Shown: positions 37,706 to 52,083 of the stretch, piece by piece
Numbering within the stretch: position 1 is the first letter of the stretch
Layout of the letters: each line of letters starts with the position of its first letter
Source of the DNA: Octopus vulgaris
Taxonomy: Eukaryota
DNA length: 64,000 bases
Assembly (NCBI GenBank): GCA_951406725.2
Contig: OX597832.1
Coordinates: 32,798,001 to 32,862,000 of the forward strand
Direction: 5' to 3'
Program-made: the position numbers and the translations under genes
Notes under the pieces: generated by a model
Database searches by the model: none
What the model was told of the DNA's origin: nothing
The model's input: the letters and a program-made list of their open reading frames with translations, nothing else

Positions 37706-37755
<50 letters not shown>

Positions 37756-37756
37756 A

Positions 37757-37913
37757 GTATTAAGAGAGGGACCACATGTGGTCACTCTAACGCTAGAAAT
37801 AGATCCGCAAAGGGAATCCACCACAAAAGAATTGTTCTCAAGCAAAAGCTGTTCGATGAACGGCAACGGGAAACTCAGAGTAACAGGTTTTGTTGAATTT
37901 TCTGCTGCTTTAA

Positions 37914-37918
<5 letters not shown>
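37757..37918 (+). mobile_element. Penelope-like solo pLTR fragment between (TA)n tracts
   Basis: Carries a hammerhead motif, has a 24-bp palindrome at its 5' edge (37765-37788), and its 3' part is homologous to 58435-58467. Confidence 0.55.
37849..37886 (+). ncRNA. Putative minimal type I hammerhead ribozyme (variant core)
   Basis: CTGT-TCGATGA-ACGGCAACGG-GAAA-CTC(A)GAG-T-A-ACAG. Helix I is CTGT/ACAG, helix III is quasi-palindromic, and the cleavage triplet is GUA. Helix II is poorly paired. Confidence 0.5.
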
Positions 37919-37982
<64 letters not shown>

Positions 37983-38022
37983 AAAAAGGAGATGTGGAAC
38001 ACGAGTTGTGATATATAAAAAG

Positions 38023-38333
38023 GGAAATGAAGAAAATGCTGACAAAATAATTTAAGTAAGGGAGAGTGTATTTAATTAGGTGAAAGTTCTTTTTACCGGT
38101 TGCGCATTTGTTATGCTTATCAAAAGATATTTTTTAAGAGAGATAGAGTTCCTTTCTGATAGATTTTTTCCCTTATCTGATAAGGGAAAAATATCTATCA
38201 GAAATGAACTCTATCTCTCTTTAAAAAATATCTTTTGATAAGCATAACAAATGCGCAACCGGTAAAAAGAACTTTCACCTAATTAAATACACTCTCCCTT
38301 ACTTAAATTATTTTGTCAGCATTTTCTTCATTT

Positions 38334-38335
<2 letters not shown>
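38023..38335. repeat. 313-bp near-perfect palindrome (1-nt spacer at 38178) near (TA)n tracts on both sides
   Basis: Arms 38023-38177 and 38179-38335 differ, by my count, at one substitution and two 1-nt indels. Confidence 0.95.
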
Positions 38336-38406
<71 letters not shown>

Positions 38407-39066
38407 AACACAAATAGTTTTAAGGCCTCTCAACATCTTTTTAAAATGCATAGATTGACAGCAGACATGTTTAACTGTTCGCTAATTGCTCTCCTTTTCT
38501 TCCTTTTCTCCTCTCTGGTTAAAACACGTTTTCCTTTAGTATTTTTTTACTTTTTATTTCTTTATGCAATTTGCTCTGTCGGCCATGGATTTCTGGGTCT
38601 TGTAAGAACGATTAAATTGATTAAATGAATATCATGTAAAAACATATCAGTGTCTGGACCGCAGACGATCCACGGCAGAAGTTTGCCATTTTCTAAATAG
38701 TTTCTCATTAATTGCTTGTTAATTACTCTTCTTCTTATTAGTTGCTATGTAGTTATTAGTGTCTCATTATTATATTGATATTGTCTTAAATCAATATAGA
38801 ATCCCTTTTAGATATTGATTTGGACTTTTTTTTTCCCTTGTGCCACCACGCCTACAGATTTCCCTTTTTAAATTTTCGAATCAATGAAAGAAAGCGTTCT
38901 TGTTGTTGTTGTCGTTGCTATGGTTTTTTTCTTTTCCTTCTCTTCTCCCTTCTGCTTCTTCTCTTCCTTTTCCTTTCTAGTCAAACCCCTTAACTCCACC
39001 TACTCTCCCTCGTTTTCCCCATCTTTCTGCTACGACTACCACGACATGTACAACATCTACTAATGT

Positions 39067-39210
39067 GGAGGCGCAATGGCCCAGTGGTTAGGGCAGCGGA
39101 CTCGCGGTCGTAAGAACGCAGTTTCAATTCACAGACCGGGCATTGTTAACACCTAAGCTCCGCTGTACTCTTTCACTACAACTTCCTCTCACTCTTTCTT
39201 CCTACTTCTG
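39067..39210 (+). mobile_element. SINE family C, 5' part with internal deletion
   Basis: ggaggcgcaatggcccagtggttagggcagcggactcgcgg..gtttcaattc. Confidence 0.8.
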
Positions 39211-39554
39211 CCACAAAGCAGAGGTACCATGGTGTAACCCACTATGGTGTGGTGAACTTTCAGAACCTAGTCTAGATTGTAAATCCTCTGTACCCCAGGA
39301 TGGTTCAGCTCTCCACCCGTTAAAAGCCACCGTTTAAGGAATGAGGATAACAACGTAGTTTTCGCACCCGTGCAACCACCAGTCTATTGCGTGTGGTGGG
39401 TGGATCTTCAAGTTGTCACACGCATTCTTAGTAGCTTAGAGTAGACTCGAATTAGAGATTATTCTTTGTGGTTAATGGCGCGAGTCCTGATTGGAAGAAT
39501 AAGAACACGTCTTTTTTTCTCATGTTTTGTTGTTATTGCCATTTGAAGAACTTA

Positions 39555-39700
39555 CGGCCTGAGTTCAAATTCTACCGAGGTCGATTTTGTCTTCCAACTA
39601 TTCATGGTTCTTAAAATAAGTACCAGTTGAACACTGGGGCCGATATAATCGAATTACCCACTTCCCCATAATTACTGGCCTTGTGCCATAATTTGAAACG
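39555..39700 (+). mobile_element. SINE family B, partial
   Basis: ctgagttcaaattctaccgaggtcgattttgtc..aataagtaccagttgaacactgggg. Confidence 0.75.
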
Positions 39701-40579
39701 AATACACGCACACATGCACACATATACACGCACACGCACATGCACACACGCACTACCAGATGCAAAGAGACAGGCTCATACCAATGAATTCCACATGGGT
39801 GGTACACCATCGTGTGTGTGTGTGCCTAATATTGCGCGTGCGTACGCATTGCTATGAGTTAATATACATTTCTATGGTGGTGTGTAGATGAACAGAAGGC
39901 AACTAGCAAAGGAGAAAAATGGTAACCATAACATTCAAATATAGGCAACACAAAATACAATACAAATGGGAAATGTTTAATAGGATGACAAAACAACTCA
40001 TTTTTTTTTTTCTCACTTTTTAGAAATTGTGCACCGAGTAATCAAGTCTTCGTAATTTCAGTGAGGGAAATATTGAACGTCAATTTGGTTTAATCCGTCG
40101 CCTATATTCTCCAATAAAGGAAATAATTTAATCGTTCGAAACAGGTTTAATGAGAGTGTAAACTTTTTTTTCTCTTTATCTGGCATAAATTGACGAATAT
40201 ACGTTTCAATCTGTTCCTATCTTCTCCCGCTTTTTTATCACTCCCGTTCCTGTTTAGCCGTCTTGGGAGTTGATGTGTATACACAAATATCACATATGTG
40301 TATAATTATGTATGCGTACACACGCACTAACGCACGCACATACATGCACACACATGCGTACACATCCACACATCTTTATATACCTATATGTATATTTATA
40401 TATATATGTGTGTGTGCGTGCATGTGTTATATCTATCTATCTATCTCATTATACACATATGTAAATATACATAGACACACACACACACACATATATACAT
40501 GTCTATATTCCTTTATTCCTTTACTCGTTTCAGCTATGCGGCTCCGATCATGCTGGAGCACCGAGCTGATCTTTTTGAT

Positions 40580-41330
40580 ATCCGCAGACTAGAGTGCTTC
40601 CCATCACCACACTTGTATGTACCTTTGTACCAGTTGTTGGCCCATTTAGTGTATAAGGGAGTTTGATTCTGCTGTCCTTGCCTGCACCTCACGCCATGTT
40701 GTTGGTTGATCCAGTATTGCGGAGAGGAGGATGTATAGTTCCTATTGAAGACATCATAAAGGAGAGCATGGCAACTCTGATATAATACAATGGTGGCCAG
40801 TTCTGGCATTTGTATAACACTCAATGCCAAGGATAGGTAGTACTAGCCCTTCTACAATTTTCCATATCTATATTATATTATTGCATATCTCTCACTCGCC
40901 TTCGCCTCAGGGAGTAAAGTTACTCTTTCTCAGCCTATCCCTGTAGCTCATCCGCTGCACTGATGCAATCATACTAGTGTTGTGGGATTGGAGCGCTTCA
41001 AAGCTCCACTGTTAATTTGGCACTATGTGGTAACCATAGCTACGAGCGGTGGTTCAGGCAGCTGAGAAAAAAAGATTTGCTTGTCTTGAAGGACCTCAGT
41101 ATGTATCCTGCCAGTTGTCAGCATTTTGCTGGCACCTTCGTAATGAGCATATCAAATTATGTGTCATTGCACATACTGATCCCCAAGTGTTTCACTACCC
41201 GTGACTCTTGGATAATAGTGCATTCGGGTCGTGTAGATGAAGGCTGTACTGGAGTTGATAGTGCAATGGCTAAAATTGTCCACCATTGAACTGCATGTAG
41301 TTAATTTCGACCAACTTTCAAATCGAATGC
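40580..41330 (-). mobile_element. CR1/L2-group LINE RT C-terminal fossil
   Basis: Minus strand VKHLGISMCND..., KC.QLAGYILRSFKT, LWLPHSAKLTVEL, LYSLRRRR matches KDLG..., W.PH, LYSL.RRR motifs. Confidence 0.7.
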
Positions 41331-41403
41331 AGGTCACGTGTAAGCGTCACGCGACATCTTGGTTTATTGTTACCTGTGATAATTTCTATCATCGGCATAG
41401 CTA

Positions 41404-41478
<75 letters not shown>

Positions 41479-41581
41479 ATATATAAATATATATATGTAT
41501 GTATATATATACATATATATACATATATATGTATAAGTCTATATATATATATACATGTATATATATATAAATATATATATA

Positions 41582-42075
<494 letters not shown>

Positions 42076-42149
42076 CAGCCACACACATATGTGTGTGTGT
42101 CTGTGTGTGTATAAAGCTATTCTTTAATAAGAATACTATAGATAGTGCC

Positions 42150-43469
42150 TTCGAAGATTCGGTTAGCTGAGCCATGGATATGCAAGTGTAAATGATAATT
42201 TCCTTGTCCAGGATAGCCACTCCAGACGATGGGAAGATGCTGCGGGCCTTCCGTCTAGACACCAACACCTTCCTTATTTTCCACAATACTCCCTTGCTTT
42301 CCTTCCACCCCACCCGTAATCTATGCGACCTAGTGGTCCGTAGCTCCATCCCTTTCCATTCCAGCGTAGCCCGGATTCTTCCCTTTTTCCAACACACCCT
42401 CTACATTAGGAACCCCCATTTTTCATCACTTCTCCAAGCTTCATTTACTGCATCAGGTTTCATCTTTGCAATAAAGTTTACGTTGGTCACCCACACCTAC
42501 AAGACATGGATCTGTGTAAGAACGCCTCCATCGCCCATCATATTCACTTGGCTGACAGCTCCACCTCAGACCTCACCATCTTCTGCTTGCTCTACTCCAG
42601 GCATCCACCGACTTTACGCTCCGCCTTGAACAGCGCTACATTTTCACTCTACGTACTCAAGCTAACAAAGGATGCATCGCAACCCCCTCCCCTCAGTGAC
42701 ATTCCACCCACACACGCCCTTCATTTTTAAAACAACATTTTACTGAATCTTTTTTATTCGGTTAGGTTTTTTTATAATTCTTTTATAATATTTTTAATAA
42801 TTTTAATTATTCCATTTACTGATTCTATTTCTTTTACCAATTTTTTTTCTGCTGCTGATTCATTCACATTTATTTATTTATTATTACTATTTTTTTAATT
42901 TTCGCTATTTTGTTTATTTGAATTATATACTTCTATTTTTAGTTTTCACTAATTTAAAACTTTTTTATTGCTATTTTAATGCTATACTACACCCGACAAA
43001 CACAACACATACATTCGCGTGCACACACACATACACATACACGTACACACACACTCCACACATACACCACCACCCGCACACACACACACTCACATGCACA
43101 CATTCTCATACACGCACAAAAACATTAACACGCCCGTCCGCGCACACACACATACGAACACACATGCGCAAACACATACACACTCATACATACACATACT
43201 GACCATTTTCGCCATCTCGTGTACCAGAAAACACCTTCTTCATTCTTTCTGTTTCTGGTCATTTCAAAAACGTAACCGCACGTGCTTCTTGCCGACTTTT
43301 TTACCTCCTCCCACTTGGATTTTCCTGTTGGCGAAGAAGAGTTATGCACCAAACATGAAATTACTACTCTTTGCCTTCTCTGAGTTTCTTATTTATACAT
43401 TGCTTGTGCTACGTTCACAACTTCGTTCGTTTTTCGTTTTCTTTTTCCCTGTTTTTAACTTACTATCAA
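42150..43469 (+). mobile_element. Decayed Penelope-like element 3' part (GIY-YIG remnant plus UTR) ending at (TA)n
   Basis: PLLSFHPTRNLCDLVVRSSIP is similar to PLPSFKRAHNLRDLLVHSSFP, and ASIAHHIHLADSSTSDLTIFCL to TPVSRHFRSTGHSLQHLSVFGL, both from the 6661 ORF. Confidence 0.7.
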
Positions 43470-43535
43470 TATATATATATATACGTATATATGTATATAA
43501 ATGCATATATATATATGTATATACATATATACATA

Positions 43536-43597
<62 letters not shown>

Positions 43598-44420
43598 TAC
43601 ATATACAGAAATATATATATATGTATATACATATACATATATATCTATATACATATATATATGTATATACATATATATGTATATATCATATATACATATA
43701 TATATCATATATATATATGTATATATATATACTTATATATATATATATATCATACATACCTATTTTTATATGTACATAAGTATGCATGTACCTTTATATG
43801 CATATCCGTGCATATGTGTACGTGTGTAAATATGCAAGAATAATTATATATTCTGGGTTAACGCAAATCGAATGCACAAGAGACATTATTGAGGAAGAAT
43901 TAAGTCAAAAATCAAAAACATTATGGAATTAACTAACAACTCTATTGGAAAGAGAATGAAGAATTTTGTAATTTCTTTCTCTACATTGTTACGAAGCATG
44001 ACTTATTTTCCAAGAGACATCGCTGCTGTTCTTCAACTCATTAAGAGACATTTCATAATTATATTATTTACAATAGAACCAGTGAATCCAATTATCAATG
44101 CGGTACTTTTGTTGAAAAGCGCAAATAAATGTACAGACACGTTTACATTCACATATACGACTGGATATCTTCTGAATATACGCCTATGCGTATGTAGATA
44201 TATACTAGCGTCGGTAGAAAGAGGAAGGAAATCCCACGTCTATATTCATAAATACGTATACGAAGAGGAATCTACTAAAACACGTGCATGAACCATGTTC
44301 ACATCCCATGTATGTGTAATGAGCAGAATCACATGCATAAGGACACACAAGTGTAACGTGTGTGTGTGTGTGTGCGTGTGTGCAGGTGCGTGTATATAAT
44401 GTAAGGTAATATATAATATG

Positions 44421-44650
44421 AGGCGGCGAGCTGGCAGAAACATTAGCACGCCGGGCGAAATGCTTAGTAGTATTTCGTCTGCCGTTACGTTCTGAGTTCA
44501 AATTCCGCCGAGGTCGACTTTGCCGTTCATCCTTCGGGGTCGATTAAATAAGTACCAGTTACGCACTGGGGTCGATATCATCCACTTAATCCGTTTGTCT
44601 GTTCTTGTTTGTCCTCTCTGTGTTTAGCCCCTTGTTGTAATAAACAAACA
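44421..44650 (+). mobile_element. SINE family B, full length
   Basis: ggcggcgagctggcagaaac (A box), gagttcaaattcc (B box), core gtcgactttgcc.ttcatcctt.cggggtcgat..aagtaccag. Confidence 0.85.
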
Positions 44651-46514
44651 TATAATATAGTGTGATGAAATATAACGCATTTTGGTGAAGGTGAGTGACC
44701 TTGTGGTTACGACGTTGCACTCAGAATTGCTCCTTTCACACTGACCTTTTTTCCAAAATTCTCAAACCTTTCAATAAACTTGCTCTCCACTCTCACTTTC
44801 CTTTCCAAGTGAAACTAGAAATAGTTGACGGGGGCCAAAGAGGAAAGTGTCTGACCAAAACCTTTTGAAACGAGTTCACTATGCAAACTCTTTTGCTACT
44901 CTCACCAGACCAAAAATAAGTCCCTGTCTCTCCCGGCCAAAGGAGGGCGGTGGGGCAATCTTCACTATGGATTCAGCACAATGCCTCAAATATAGTAGCA
45001 ATAATAAAACTAATAATAATAATACTAATGATAATAACAACAACAACGACAACAAAAATTAGGATAAGCGGAGGAGGATGAGGATGAGAAGAAAAGCATG
45101 AAGAGAGTATCTACTATAAAGGAGGCGGTGGAGGAGAAGCGGAAGAAGTACAAGAGGAAGAAGATGATGATGATGATGATGATGATGATGAGGATGATGA
45201 TGAAGAAGAAGATGATGATGATGATGAAGAAGAAGAAGAAGAAGATGATGATGATGATGATGATGAAGAAGAAGAAGAAGAAGAAGAAGAAGAAGAAGAA
45301 GAAGAAGAAGAAGAAGAAGAAGAAGAAGAAGAAGAAGAAGAAGAAGAAGAAGAAGAAGACCGAAATCGTGAAAGAATATATTGAAGAATTCCAACTACAA
45401 CAAAGCCGACAACAAAGATGTCAAAGAAGTTTTAAAATGATACGAAGAATTAGAACAAATAATGAATGATAGAAAGTGGGTGGAGAGGGAGGAGTCGACA
45501 GGTAAAGATACTGAAGAACGGTAAGAACTGGAGGGAGGAAGAACAAAAAGTTGCCGTCGAAATAGAAATGAAGAATAGAAGATCAAATAAGATAAAGAGA
45601 AAAATAGGTTAGAGAGGGGTGTTGGAGGTGGGAGGAGAAGTTTGCAAAGTAGATTAAGACGAAGTTGAAGATCTGAAGACATTATAAAAGAAAAAAAGAA
45701 GAACAGAACGACACGTGAAGATAATGAGGCAGAAATAATTATGTTCTTTGTGGATCGTTCCGTTTTTACGACAACGTATTTATACATAAGAAGCTTAAAA
45801 ATATATTGAAATTATTTAAAGCTATTAATTTGAATATTAGCGATTTTAAATCGGGTGACGACTCTACAATTGCATTGCTAAGTATTCGAAATTCTAAATG
45901 ACGCTCTGGTTAAGAATTCTTATTTACAAAATCACAGTTCTTCAAGTTTAAATCCCATTTTAGAGCGACGGGGGCAGAACTATTTTCAGTTTTATCCCGT
46001 TGGCTTGTGCCTCCACAGTTAAATAGTGTAGATCGAAATTTGTTCGAGTGTCCGTCCTATATATGTATATATGTATATATATCTGTATATATGTATATGT
46101 GTGTATGTGATAGAGATGATTTTATGCTGTCTACATTCTATTTGTTGAGTTTTGCCATTCCTATATTTGATATTAGTAGAGAAACAACTGTATGTGGTCT
46201 CTCGACACGAAGGAAATGACAGTTAATTATCTCGACAAACAAAATGTAAGACAATCACTTCTAAGTTGAGCGAGAATAAATTGAGAGATGGCTCTATGGT
46301 AGAATGCCTAGCAGTTCAAATTTCATGGGCTTTTCCTTGGAGCGTCTTCTTACATTGAGCTGTTATGGTTGTTTTTTTATCTTTCGTATTTTCCGCGAGC
46401 CATAGGGTGCTTAAGGGCGTGAATCCGGTTTCCGTGCACAATAAGTATCTATAAGTAACTAAAGTGATTCATTTTGAAAGGGCCACCGGTCCGTTTCAGA
46501 CACACAATGTCTCA

Positions 46515-46825
46515 GAGTGGTCCCTTAGGCAAGCTTCTTCTGCTATAGGTTCTGGCCGACCAAAGCGTTGTGAGTGAATTTGGTGGATGGAAACTGAAAG
46601 AAGATCGTCGTATATATACATGAGTTCGTGTCTCTTTGAATATGTTTGCTCCCACATCGGCTGGTGTTGGTGTTTTTACGTCTCCGTAACCTAGCGGTTC
46701 GAGAAATGAGAACGATAGAACAAGTAACAGGTTTAAAAATGTATACACTTGAGTCAAATAGTTTTCAAGGGATACTCCAGCATGGGCGCAATGTAATGGC
46801 TGGAAATTGCAAGAGTTAAGAGTCA
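46515..46825 (+). mobile_element. SINE family A, diverged
   Basis: ggccgaccaaagcgttgtgagtgaatttggtggatggaaactgaaagaag..ctccagcatgg. Confidence 0.8.
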
Positions 46826-46982
46826 AAATGCTTCTTGTGTCTCACACTATAAAGCTTGCGCCAATTCTACTCGGGCACAGGCCCGGCTAGAAACACCAAT
46901 CCCAAATAAACAGACAACCTTCTATCGCAAAAGAAGTCCAGTATGTAAATAATGCTTATATCGATGTCTGAAATGCTGAACG

Positions 46983-47445
46983 ATGCGCATGCGTGCTTGT
47001 GTGATAAGAAGTTTGCTTCACAACGATATACTTCCAGGTTTAGCATCACCCTGTGGCACACTGCGCAAATGTTTTGTACTCTAGCATGAGAGCGGCCAAA
47101 TGTTTGTGAAGGAATTTGGTAGACGGGAACTGAATGCTGGCCTGTCGCATCCTTAAATCCTTAAAAATGTTTTAGCCCGAAGGCCGCGGCCGTACTGGGG
47201 CACCACCGCTTGGCAAGGGCAAGTCAGCGGTCCTGGCAAGCTATTGACTGGCCCTTGTGTGTGTTTATTTGCGGTTCATGCTTTTCCCATACAATCACAT
47301 GACAACCGGTGTAGGTATATTTACGTCCCCATGTATTTTATGGAATAAAATAAGAAACAGGCTTAAAAAGTAAATTACTTTAACATCCTACAAGGGGTGC
47401 TCAAGCATGGCCGCAGTCTGATGGTTGAGACAACTTATAAGATAC
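46983..47445 (+). mobile_element. SINE family A, diverged, with a short inverted internal SINE-tail piece
   Basis: Head gcgcatgcgtgcttgtgtgataagaagtttgctt; tail gtgctcaagcatggccgcagtc. Confidence 0.65.
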
Positions 47446-47728
47446 AGAAAAAGTTTCTAACATTAGCACTCTCACACATAGAGTGACCGATGAGATTGAT
47501 GTCATTACTTGGATGCTACTTTCCTTGGTGTCCCTTCATATTTGAGAGTCACTGGTTCTCATGTCCAGCCTCGAAACCAGTACACATAGCAACGGTTTCG
47601 CTATCGTTTGGTCTCACCAATGCTATTGAAGAGAGACAAAGGCAAAACTTCGACAATACACATCTTATAAGCTCGGGAAATATAGGTTGGTACATTCGCA
47701 AATAGGTAAGCATACGTACGTACATGCA

Positions 47729-47806
<78 letters not shown>

Positions 47807-47981
47807 CATACATGCATGCATTCATACATTCATACATACGTACATGCATGACGTGCAAGGACATAGATTTCTGAATAAGATTTATATAATATGTATGTGA
47901 AACAACTCACAAATTAACAGCTGATGTTGAATCACAGAAAGGATTGTAGTGATTTGGCTTAAAGTCTGTTCTATCTATCTA

Positions 47982-48034
<53 letters not shown>

Positions 48035-48040
48035 CCTATC

Positions 48041-48115
<75 letters not shown>

Positions 48116-48189
48116 ATATATATATATATATAAACGCATTTATCTTTGTCTCTCTCTCTCCTCTCTCTCCTTCTCTTATGTTTTTTTTT

Positions 48190-48335
<146 letters not shown>

Positions 48336-48956
48336 GCCACACAAACACAACCATTCACATTGCAAATCGAAATTCTCACTAATGAGCTTATGTACAGAAA
48401 ATCGGAAAGCTGCTCTTGGTACTTCAAATCTATTTTATCAGACGATAAAATAAGGTGGAACAAAAGCAACTGCGGATTATGCAACTGTAAAATTTAAAGA
48501 ATTGGAGATAGTGAGAGAGAAGGTGTGAGGGAGAGAGGAGGAGAGAGAGTGATAGAGAGAGTGTGAGTGAGAGAGAGGCTGAGTAAAACAAAGTAAAAAA
48601 TAATAATTCTTCGAAAATCGTTTTTCAAACTGATTAACATAATGTACATTGAGTAAAACAAGAAACAGTTGCGTAGCAAATAAAATTTTAAGTGTACTGA
48701 TGGGAAAAAACGCAACATAAACGTAGTCTAGTTGCAGAAATAACAAAAACCAGACGTTCGAAATATATAACAATAAAAATAAAAATAAGTAGAACAGTAA
48801 AAAATAACAATAAAATCTCTGTTATTTTTATCAGAGCTGAATCAATGTCTGCTGTAAAGTATTACGAATGTAAACAAATAAGCACGATGCCAATGTCAGT
48901 TTCAAAAGCTGTTCTTTGAACATCAGGAAGCAATAAACTAGTCTCATCCTCATCAC

Positions 48957-49006
<50 letters not shown>

Positions 49007-49300
49007 GCTCTCATTTCTAACGAGTAAAATATAAAAAATAAAAATAAAAAATCTATTGACATATAAGATCGAGTAGTTTCCTCTGATGATCGATTCGACA
49101 TTCTGCAGGAACATTTTGAAATATCGGGCGAAAATATGTGGCTTTACCGTTCCGGCATAATCGCATTCTGACATGTCTAAGTCTACAAGGCTGCATTCAA
49201 TCTGAAATATATTTTAGCAAACTGGAACCTACTTAATGTTGTTCTCACTAAAACGCTGGAGGCTGTGAGCTTCCGAATCGTTTCAACACCGGAAGTAAAA

Positions 49301-49708
49301 GATGCGTAGGAGTGGTTGTGTGGTAAGTAGCTTGTTTAGCAACCACATGGTTCCGGGTTCAGTCCCACTGCGTGGCACCTTGGGCAAGTGTCTTCTACTA
49401 TAGCCTCGGGCCAACCAAAGCCTTGTGAGTGGATTTGGTAGACGGAAACTGAAAGAAGCCCGTCGTATATATGTATATATATATATGTATGTGTGTGTGT
49501 TTGTGTGTCTGTGTTTGTCCCCCTATCATTGCTTGACAACTGATGCTGGTGTGTTTATGTCCCCGTCACTTAGCGGTTCGGCAAAAAGAGAGCGATAGAA
49601 TAAGTACTGGGCTTACAAAGAATAAGTCCCGGGGTCGAGTTGCTCGATTAAAGGCCGTGCTCCAGCATGGCCGCAGTCAAATGACTGAAAAAAGTAAAGT
49701 AAAGAGAG
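49301..49708 (+). mobile_element. SINE family A, full length
   Basis: Colinear and highly similar to 26882-27294. Confidence 0.9.
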
Positions 49709-49729
49709 CAGCATTTCCTCTGGATTTAC

Positions 49730-50310
49730 TCTATGAGTTCAAATCCACCAAGATCGACTTTGCATTTCATCCTTTCGGGGCCGGTAAAATAAGCACTATT
49801 TGGTTGTGGGGTCCATATAATCGACTAACACCTCACACCAAATTTCAGGCCCTGATTAGATTATTATCGTGGTCCTCAATATCCTTGTTCTCAGCATTAC
49901 TCTTATAATTAATAATATTATTACCTCGAATTCCACCGCGTTCGATTTTGCCTCTCATCCTTTTAGGGTCGATAAATTAAGTACCAATTAAGTACCGAGG
50001 TCAAAGTGATCGACTTACCCCCACTCTACAAATTCCAGGCCTTGTGCCTACAGTACAAAAGATCATTAATAATGTTACTAAAGCGGCGAGGTGGTAGAAT
50101 CGGTAGGAAACCGGGCAAAATGCATAACAGTATTTCGTAGGTTGTGAGTTCAAATCTTTGTGTTGTGAGCTCAAATGCCACCGAGGTTAACTTCGCTTTT
50201 TACCCTCTCAGATTCGATGAAATGAGTGCCGGTTAAGCACAGGGATCAATGTAATCGACTTGACCCCTCCCACCAAGTTTCAGGCTTTGTGGCCATAATT
50301 GAAAGGATTA
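49730..50310 (+). mobile_element. Three tandem diverged SINE family B copies
   Basis: The core ..cgactttgc.tttcatccttt.gggg.cgataaa..aagtacc recurs near 49755, 49945 and 50185. Confidence 0.75.
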
Positions 50311-50850
50311 TTTTCATTATTAATACCACAACTTCGATAAGAATAATCACAATAACGATGAGGTTTAATTTTTTTCCAAAATTTCTCCATTTCTTTTTTT
50401 TGTGTGTGTGTGTTTACTGTTTCAAGACGTTGCTATCCTTCATTCATTTAACCGGGGACGTGCTGTTATGATTTTCGTTTTTTTTTTTATTATCTCTTCT
50501 GTTCAATTTATTCTCTCGACGACCTGTGGATTTCCTATCGTCGAGAAATTTAAGAAACTGCTGACATTGAGTCTAATATTTCATGGTTATCTTCGTGACA
50601 TGTTTCAAGTATTGACTTGCTTTTATAGTTGACGAGTTAGAAATACTATTTTCAGACGTTGTACTATTTCTCCGTTAGCGAAGAGCGGCGGACGTGACGT
50701 AAAGAGTGACGTAAAAAAGATGAAATTAATTCAACGGGTTAAAGGCAGAGTGACATGTGCCAAATCTAGAATATAAATCATTTTCTAAAGCCGAAGTTAT
50801 ACTGGCACGATATCATAAATACGCGCACAGACATACGAACATACACTTGC

Positions 50851-50883
<33 letters not shown>

Positions 50884-51199
50884 GTACGTTTATATATTTG
50901 TTGAAAGAGAAAGGGAGAGAGAGAGAGAGAGAGAAATAGTACAAAATAGATTCAAAGAATATGCAACTGTGATTACAGTCAAGTTATATGCATGAACAAA
51001 TTTTTCTTCCCATCTGATACCTCCTGACTTCATGGTTTACAGTAAAAATGTTGCAAAATTATCTCATTTTTGCCACTGATTGATCACATAAAATGAATTG
51101 TTTTGCTTAAGAAGACAACGCACCACGGACCCCGAAAATCGAAATCGTGAACGCAATATATATATGTATGTGTGTGTGTGTGTATGTATATGTATATAT

Positions 51200-51690
51200 A
51201 AACAAATTAGAGCAGACAACTTACTTTAATTTTGCCAAAGAAAATACCATTATATTTTGGGCCCAAGCATTGCAATGTAATGGTAATGGAATCACAATTA
51301 TAAAACTGCCACGTGTTTTCGATATGAATACGTCTGTTTCGAATGACGGCGTCAAGTTTAGGTTGGAATGCCTCGCACGCTGCACGTAGATGTTCGTGTG
51401 GATTTAAAGCTTCCTGCTGGTGCAGTTTTGCCTTCAGAGCGTCGAGTATGACGACTGTTCGAGACCCTCGGTTCCAAAATGGACCAAACATAAAAGTTCA
51501 ACGGGTTAAGATCGGGACTTCTTAAGGGTCATGCATTCTTGCCTATGAACAACGGAATGTTTTTCTGAATCAATTGTTGTGTCTGTTAGGAACTGTAGGA
51601 TGGGTCTGAGTCCTTTTAGAGGCTCTGAGGTGCGCCTTAAATGTGCTCTTGGTCTACAAGAGTGAGAGAGACATCCGTTTGCGCGATGTA
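51200..51690 (-). mobile_element. Tc1/mariner transposase C-terminal fossil
   Basis: Minus strand RSPDLNPLNFYVWSILE, then LDALKAKLHQQEALNPHEHLRAACEAFQPKLDAVIRNRRIHIE. Confidence 0.75.
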
Positions 51691-51797
51691 TACAGAAGGG
51701 CAGAGGGAGCAGGAGATGCAGTAGATGACATATGTATGTATACCTATGAATATACAAATATATATAGATATATACATACATTTATATGTATGTATGT

Positions 51798-51838
<41 letters not shown>

Positions 51839-52007
51839 CGTGTGTGTATGAATGTATATAGGTATGTTGATGAAAACAGAAGAACTGAAAAATAGAACTC
51901 AAAATATGAGAATATGTGTATTTTTATTAATATTCGGCAAAATTAATAGAGTGACGTGTATATGTATATATATATATACACATACATACATACATACATA
52001 CATATGT

Positions 52008-52083
<76 letters not shown>

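Noticed and set aside
43923-44291. 122-aa ATG-initiated ORF in non-microsatellite DNA
   Set aside because: No recognisable domain, and the paralogous copy at 34378 has stops and frameshifts in the same frame.
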